Shown: piece by piece, positions 35,638 through 38,798 of the stretch | Layout: each line of letters starts with the position of its first letter | Position numbering within the stretch: the first letter of the stretch is position 1 | Source of the DNA: Klebsiella phage ViciousJeremy | Strand: one strand, 5' to 3' | Sequence record: OR896850.1 | DNA length: 38,798 nt | Program-made: the position numbers and the translations under genes | The notes under the pieces: model-generated | What the model saw: only the letters and a program-made list of their open reading frames with translations | Told to the model about the DNA's origin: nothing | The model's database searches: none

Positions 35638-37347
35638 ATGGCTACAACTATTAAGACCGTGATGACTTACCCGCTGGATGGCTCCACTACGGACTTCAAT
35701 ATTCCGTTTGAGTATCTGGCTCGTAAGTTCGTCCGAGTGACCCTTATCGGTGTTGACCGAAAGGAACTCATCTTGAATCAAGACTATCGTTTTGCAACTA
35801 AGACCACAATCTCCACAACGAGAGCATTGGGGCCAGCGGACGGTTATAACCTTATCGAGATTCGTCGGTACACCTCAGCGACTGAACGTCTGGTTGACTT
35901 TACGGATGGCTCAATCCTCCGTGCGTATGACCTGAACATCTCGCAGGTGCAGACCCTCCACGTTGCTGAGGAAGCGCGTGACCTTACCGCTGATACGATT
36001 GGTGTTAACAACGATGGTGACTTGGATGCTCGTGGTCGTCGTATCGTGAACGTTGCGGACGCTAAAGACCCCGGTGACGCAATCAACTTAGGTCAAGTCC
36101 AGAAGTGGAACGACTCTGCGTTGAACTCTGCGAACCGCGCACGGGCTGAGGCCGACCGTGCAACTGCGCGTGCTTCCGAGGCTGCTACCTCTGCGGGTAA
36201 CTCTGCGAGTTCTGCAAGCCTGTCCCGTGATTGGGCTATCAAGGAATCTCCGGTGGAAGGAACCTTTAAGTCTTCCCGGTCGTATGCCCTTGACTCTATG
36301 GCGTACAGGGATGCGTCCAAGAGTTCTGCTGATGCTAGTGCTGCAAGTGCTGGTGCCGCTAAGACCTCTGAGATTAACGCGAATAACTCAAAAATAGCTG
36401 CGAAGACCTCTGAGACCAACGCGAAGACCTCTGAGACCAACGCTAAGGCTTCCGAGGAACGAGCCATTGAGGAAGCAAATAAGCTGGAGAACATGAATGA
36501 TTTGGCTGGTGCAATCAAAGAGGTTCTCAAGCCAGAAGGTGTCACTTCGGGCAAGGTTGTGTGGAAATACGATATTGATAGTAAAGTCCTCCGCGCCTAC
36601 AACGGTATGTCGCTTGGTTGGGATTGGGATGGTAAAGGTTCCTCTCCGTTCTTCAACTTCTACCGTGGGCAAGGTGAGCCATCTGGTTCACTACGGCTGG
36701 ATGCTAACAAGGTTGTTCGCTTCAATGGGATGAACTCTGTTGACTTCGACTCAACCATTAACGCTCAGGCCATCAACGGCTCATGGATTCACTCTACAGG
36801 CGATTTGGTTGCAGACGAGACTCTGTACGTGCATGGTGGTAACTATATTATTAAGGACAAGTGGGTTCCATCTGGTGTAAACAAGATTACAAACCTCATT
36901 CGAGGCTCTGTGGGCGGTTTTGCTTGCGATGAATACTTTACCGAGATTGTGGGTTATTATATTGAGCGTGGCTGGCACCTTGTTGGTGGGGATAATGATA
37001 CATGGATGCGCATCAAAGGAAATGGTAACTTTGAGATCAGCGGCAACCGAGGCGCAAGAATCGTCATCAATGGTGGGGCGATTGTCGAACAGGATGGTAA
37101 CATTCATGGAGCTATCTGGGACGGTAAGTGGTTGAAGGACTTCATGGAAGATCGCTACCTTACCAATATCTGGATTGGCGCGGGTCGTTCTCGACACGTT
37201 GGTCAGCAAACTTGGGAAGGTTGGATTGACAACGGGTGCGTAATGCGGGGAATCAAACAGATTCGTTCTGGTGGGGACAGCTTCATCGAAGAGTTGTACT
37301 TCAACGAGATATGGAAAGCAACCGCCCGTGGTCAGTGGATTATCTAA
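35638..37347 (+). CDS. 17: Gene 17 tail fibre protein
   Basis: AAAGGAGG SD before ATG 35638; MATTIKTVMTYPLDGSTTDFNIPFEYLARKFVRVTLIGVDRKEL... N-terminal tail-attachment domain near identical to T7 gp17; the distal roughly 270 aa diverge from T7. Confidence 0.92.
   Translation: MATTIKTVMTYPLDGSTTDFNIPFEYLARKFVRVTLIGVDRKELILNQDYRFATKTTISTTRALGPADGYNLIEIRRYTSATERLVDFTDGSILRAYDLNISQVQTLHVAEEARDLTADTIGVNNDGDLDARGRRIVNVADAKDPGDAINLGQVQKWNDSALNSANRARAEADRATARASEAATSAGNSASSASLSRDWAIKESPVEGTFKSSRSYALDSMAYRDASKSSADASAASAGAAKTSEINANNSKIAAKTSETNAKTSETNAKASEERAIEEANKLENMNDLAGAIKEVLKPEGVTSGKVVWKYDIDSKVLRAYNGMSLGWDWDGKGSSPFFNFYRGQGEPSGSLRLDANKVVRFNGMNSVDFDSTINAQAINGSWIHSTGDLVADETLYVHGGNYIIKDKWVPSGVNKITNLIRGSVGGFACDEYFTEIVGYYIERGWHLVGGDNDTWMRIKGNGNFEISGNRGARIVINGGAIVEQDGNIHGAIWDGKWLKDFMEDRYLTNIWIGAGRSRHVGQQTWEGWIDNGCVMRGIKQIRSGGDSFIEELYFNEIWKATARGQWII
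36358..36441 (+). repeat. Tandem 21-bp repeats in the fibre shaft (GCGAAGACCTCTGAGACCAAC x2 perfect plus one degenerate copy)
   Basis: 36400-36420 and 36421-36441 identical; encodes AKTSETN heptad repeats. Confidence 0.8.
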
Positions 37348-37358
37348 AGGAGGACGAC

Positions 37359-37769
37359 ATGGAAAAGATTTATGAGAACTTCAAGCAGCGAGAAGTTACC
37401 GATGAGTATCGTAAGGCCGTGGGCGCCCCTTCGGATGCCCGGTTCTTCATGGACGATGAGGGTAATGATTGGTATGACCTGATGTATAAGCTGGACAGTA
37501 CCGGGAAGTATACCGTGGCATTCTACCCTGATGGCTACGTTTCCTACGCGGCTACCACGGTGGCTGGTCGTCATGGTTGTGATGGTTGCTCTGTGACACA
37601 GGTAGACACCCTTCCGGGAGAGTTCAAGACAGGCGTCTATTGGTTCTTCAACCGCGAGACACATTCGGTGGAAGAGCGCGAGCGTCCTACATATGAGGAA
37701 CCTAAGCGCACCAAGGAAGACATTATGGCCGACCTACTTAAACTACAGAAGGAGCTACAGGCTATGTAA
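37359..37769 (+). CDS. Hypothetical 136-aa protein inserted between tail fibre and holin
   Basis: AAAGGAGG SD 7 nt before ATG 37359, right after the gene 17 stop; MEKIYENFKQREVTDEYRKAVGAPSDARFFMDDEGNDWYDLMYKLDSTGKYTVAFYPDGYVSYAATTVAGRHGCDGCSVTQVDTLPGEFKTGVYWFFNRETHSVEERERPTYEEPKRTKEDIMADLLKLQKELQAM; no equivalent gene remembered in T7 or T3. Confidence 0.6.
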   Translation: MEKIYENFKQREVTDEYRKAVGAPSDARFFMDDEGNDWYDLMYKLDSTGKYTVAFYPDGYVSYAATTVAGRHGCDGCSVTQVDTLPGEFKTGVYWFFNRETHSVEERERPTYEEPKRTKEDIMADLLKLQKELQAM

Positions 37770-37808
37770 CGCCGGAGCAACTGATGACTAACACATAAGG
37801 AGAACACT

Positions 37809-38012
37809 ATGTTATCTTTCGACTTCAATAACGAGGTCGTTAAGGCTGCGCCGATTGTTGGCACAGGGGTCGCTGATGGTGCGGCCCGACTCTTTTGGGG
37901 ACTATCGTTAAACGAATGGTTCTACGTTGCAGCTATCGCCTACACAGTGGTTCAGATTGGTGCCAAGGTAGTCGATAAGATGATTGACTGGAAACGTGCA
38001 AATAAGGAGTAA
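37809..38012 (+). CDS. 17.5: Gene 17.5 holin
   Basis: 67 aa; MLSFDFNNEVVKAAPIVGTGVADGAARLFWGLSLNEWFYVAAIAYTVVQIGAKVVDKMIDWKRANKE near identical to T7 gp17.5. Confidence 0.92.
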   Translation: MLSFDFNNEVVKAAPIVGTGVADGAARLFWGLSLNEWFYVAAIAYTVVQIGAKVVDKMIDWKRANKE

Positions 38013-38015
38013 CCT

Positions 38016-38282
38016 ATGAGCGACAAGACTTTAATCAAGCTGCTGGAGATGCTGGACACGGAGATGGCACAGCGTATGCTTGCTGACCTCCAGAGCGAGG
38101 AACGCCGAACGCCGCAGCTTTACAACGCAATCGGCAAACTATTAGACCGCCATAAGTTCCAAATCAGTAAGCTGACCCCGGATGAGAACATCCTTGGCGG
38201 TCTCGCGGCTGGTCTGGAAGACTACAACAAAGTGGTCGGCCCTAATGGTCTGACTGACGATGAGACTATCACGCTACAGTAA
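38016..38282 (+). CDS. 18: Gene 18 small terminase subunit (DNA maturase A)
   Basis: 88 aa; ...LEMLDTEMAQRMLADLQSEERRTPQLYNAIGKLLDRHKFQISKL... matches T7 gp18. Confidence 0.9.
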   Translation: MSDKTLIKLLEMLDTEMAQRMLADLQSEERRTPQLYNAIGKLLDRHKFQISKLTPDENILGGLAAGLEDYNKVVGPNGLTDDETITLQ

Positions 38283-38338
38283 GTGACATACTCAAGGTTC
38301 TCCACGCGGGGAGCCTTTATGGATGTTATTCGGTGCAT
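38283..38338 (+). ncRNA. RNase III processing hairpin (R18.5-like)
   Basis: GTGACATACTCAAGGTTCTCCACGCGGGGAGCCTTTATGGATGTTATTCGG. Confidence 0.6.
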
Positions 38339-38371
38339 CTACGTGAAATCTAAAAATTGATGGGAGGTGTT

Positions 38372-38798
38372 ATGCTAAAACTTTTACGCAGCGCACTCCC
38401 TTGGGTACTCGCCGGGACACTCTTTATGGGTGGCTGGCACTTAGGGTCAACCCATGAGAGAGCAAACTGGAAGGAGGTAATCCAAAATGAATACATTGCG
38501 AAAACAAAAGCAACCGCAGCAACTCAGGCAGAGGTCAGTCGGGTATCCCGTGAGTACCAAGAAGAGATTGCAGCCATTGAAGGCAGCACTGATAGGATGC
38601 TTAATGACCTGCGTAGTAATAATAAGCGGCTGTCAGTCCGCATCAAGACCCTTACCGGACTACCAGAAGATAACGGTAGATGCGAGTTTAATGGTCGAGC
38701 CGAACTACACGAGTCAGATGCTAAGCGTATTATCGGAATAACCCAAGCTGCTGATGCTCACGTAAGAGCGCTCCAGCGTACTATTAAGGAGATGCAGA
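38372..38798 (+). CDS. 18.5: Gene 18.5 Rz-like i-spanin (3-prime end truncated by the window edge)
   Basis: GGGAGG SD; MLKLLRSALPWVLAGTLFMGGWHLGS... N-terminal TM anchor then coiled coil; runs to the window end, directly upstream of gene 19 at the window start. Confidence 0.85.
   Translation, partial: MLKLLRSALPWVLAGTLFMGGWHLGSTHERANWKEVIQNEYIAKTKATAATQAEVSRVSREYQEEIAAIEGSTDRMLNDLRSNNKRLSVRIKTLTGLPEDNGRCEFNGRAELHESDAKRIIGITQAADAHVRALQRTIKEMQ
38487..38741 (+). CDS. 18.7: Gene 18.7 Rz1-like o-spanin lipoprotein embedded in the +1 frame of 18.5
   Basis: MNTLRKQKQ...LIGCLMTCVVIISGCQSASRPLP: signal peptide with lipobox ISGC and Pro-rich mature part; 84 aa (T7 Rz1: 83 aa). Confidence 0.7.
   Translation: MNTLRKQKQPQQLRQRSVGYPVSTKKRLQPLKAALIGCLMTCVVIISGCQSASRPLPDYQKITVDASLMVEPNYTSQMLSVLSE

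Noticed and set aside
36093-36554. 153-aa minus-strand ORF in the fibre shaft region
   Set aside because: Driven by the Ala/Ser-rich repetitive sense sequence. Antisense artefact.

Overview
This window is a unit-length, circularly permuted genome of a T3-like (Teetrevirus, Autographiviridae) coliphage. All genes are on the + strand in T7/T3 order. It opens at the first codon of the large terminase gene (gene 19) and runs through gene 19.5 and the right-end short-repeat array. A single copy of the terminal repeat (concatemer junction, about 2381-2611) follows, then the left-end CCTAAAG repeat array and three strong host sigma70 early promoters (A1-A3-like). The early region carries the class I genes: 0.3 SAM lyase/hydrolase, several small membrane ORFs, 0.7 protein kinase, gene 1 RNA polymerase (884 aa, T3-type), 1.05, 1.1, 1.2, and 1.3 ligase. 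The class II DNA-metabolism genes follow (1.6-6.7), then the class III structural and lysis genes (7.3-18.7). The window ends inside gene 18.5 (Rz), immediately upstream of gene 19. Fifteen T3-type phage promoters (AATTAACCCTCACTAAAGGGAGA and class II variants), at least eight RNase III processing hairpins, and the TE-like and Tphi-like terminators are recognisable by eye. Observations worth a second look: (i) an HNH-AP2 homing-endonuclease ORF that starts inside the 3-prime end of the ligase gene and reads through the TE hairpin; (ii) an unassigned 136-aa ORF inserted between the tail-fibre gene and the holin; (iii) a capsid 10B extension made by -1 frameshifting at C CCA AAG that encodes a bacterial Ig-like (Big_2) domain; (iv) the early small-ORF cluster 3859-4600; (v) an AT-rich CTTTAAG-repeat region at the expected primary replication origin; (vi) possible overlapping +1-frame ORFs inside genes 4 and 19. 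From memory, T3 is about 38.2 kb; this unit genome is about 39.0 kb, consistent with the roughly 0.8 kb added by (i) and (ii). Homologs of T7 genes 1.4, 3.8, 5.3, 7 and 7.7 are not seen. All homology statements rest on remembered T7/T3 protein sequences and visible motifs, not on database searches.
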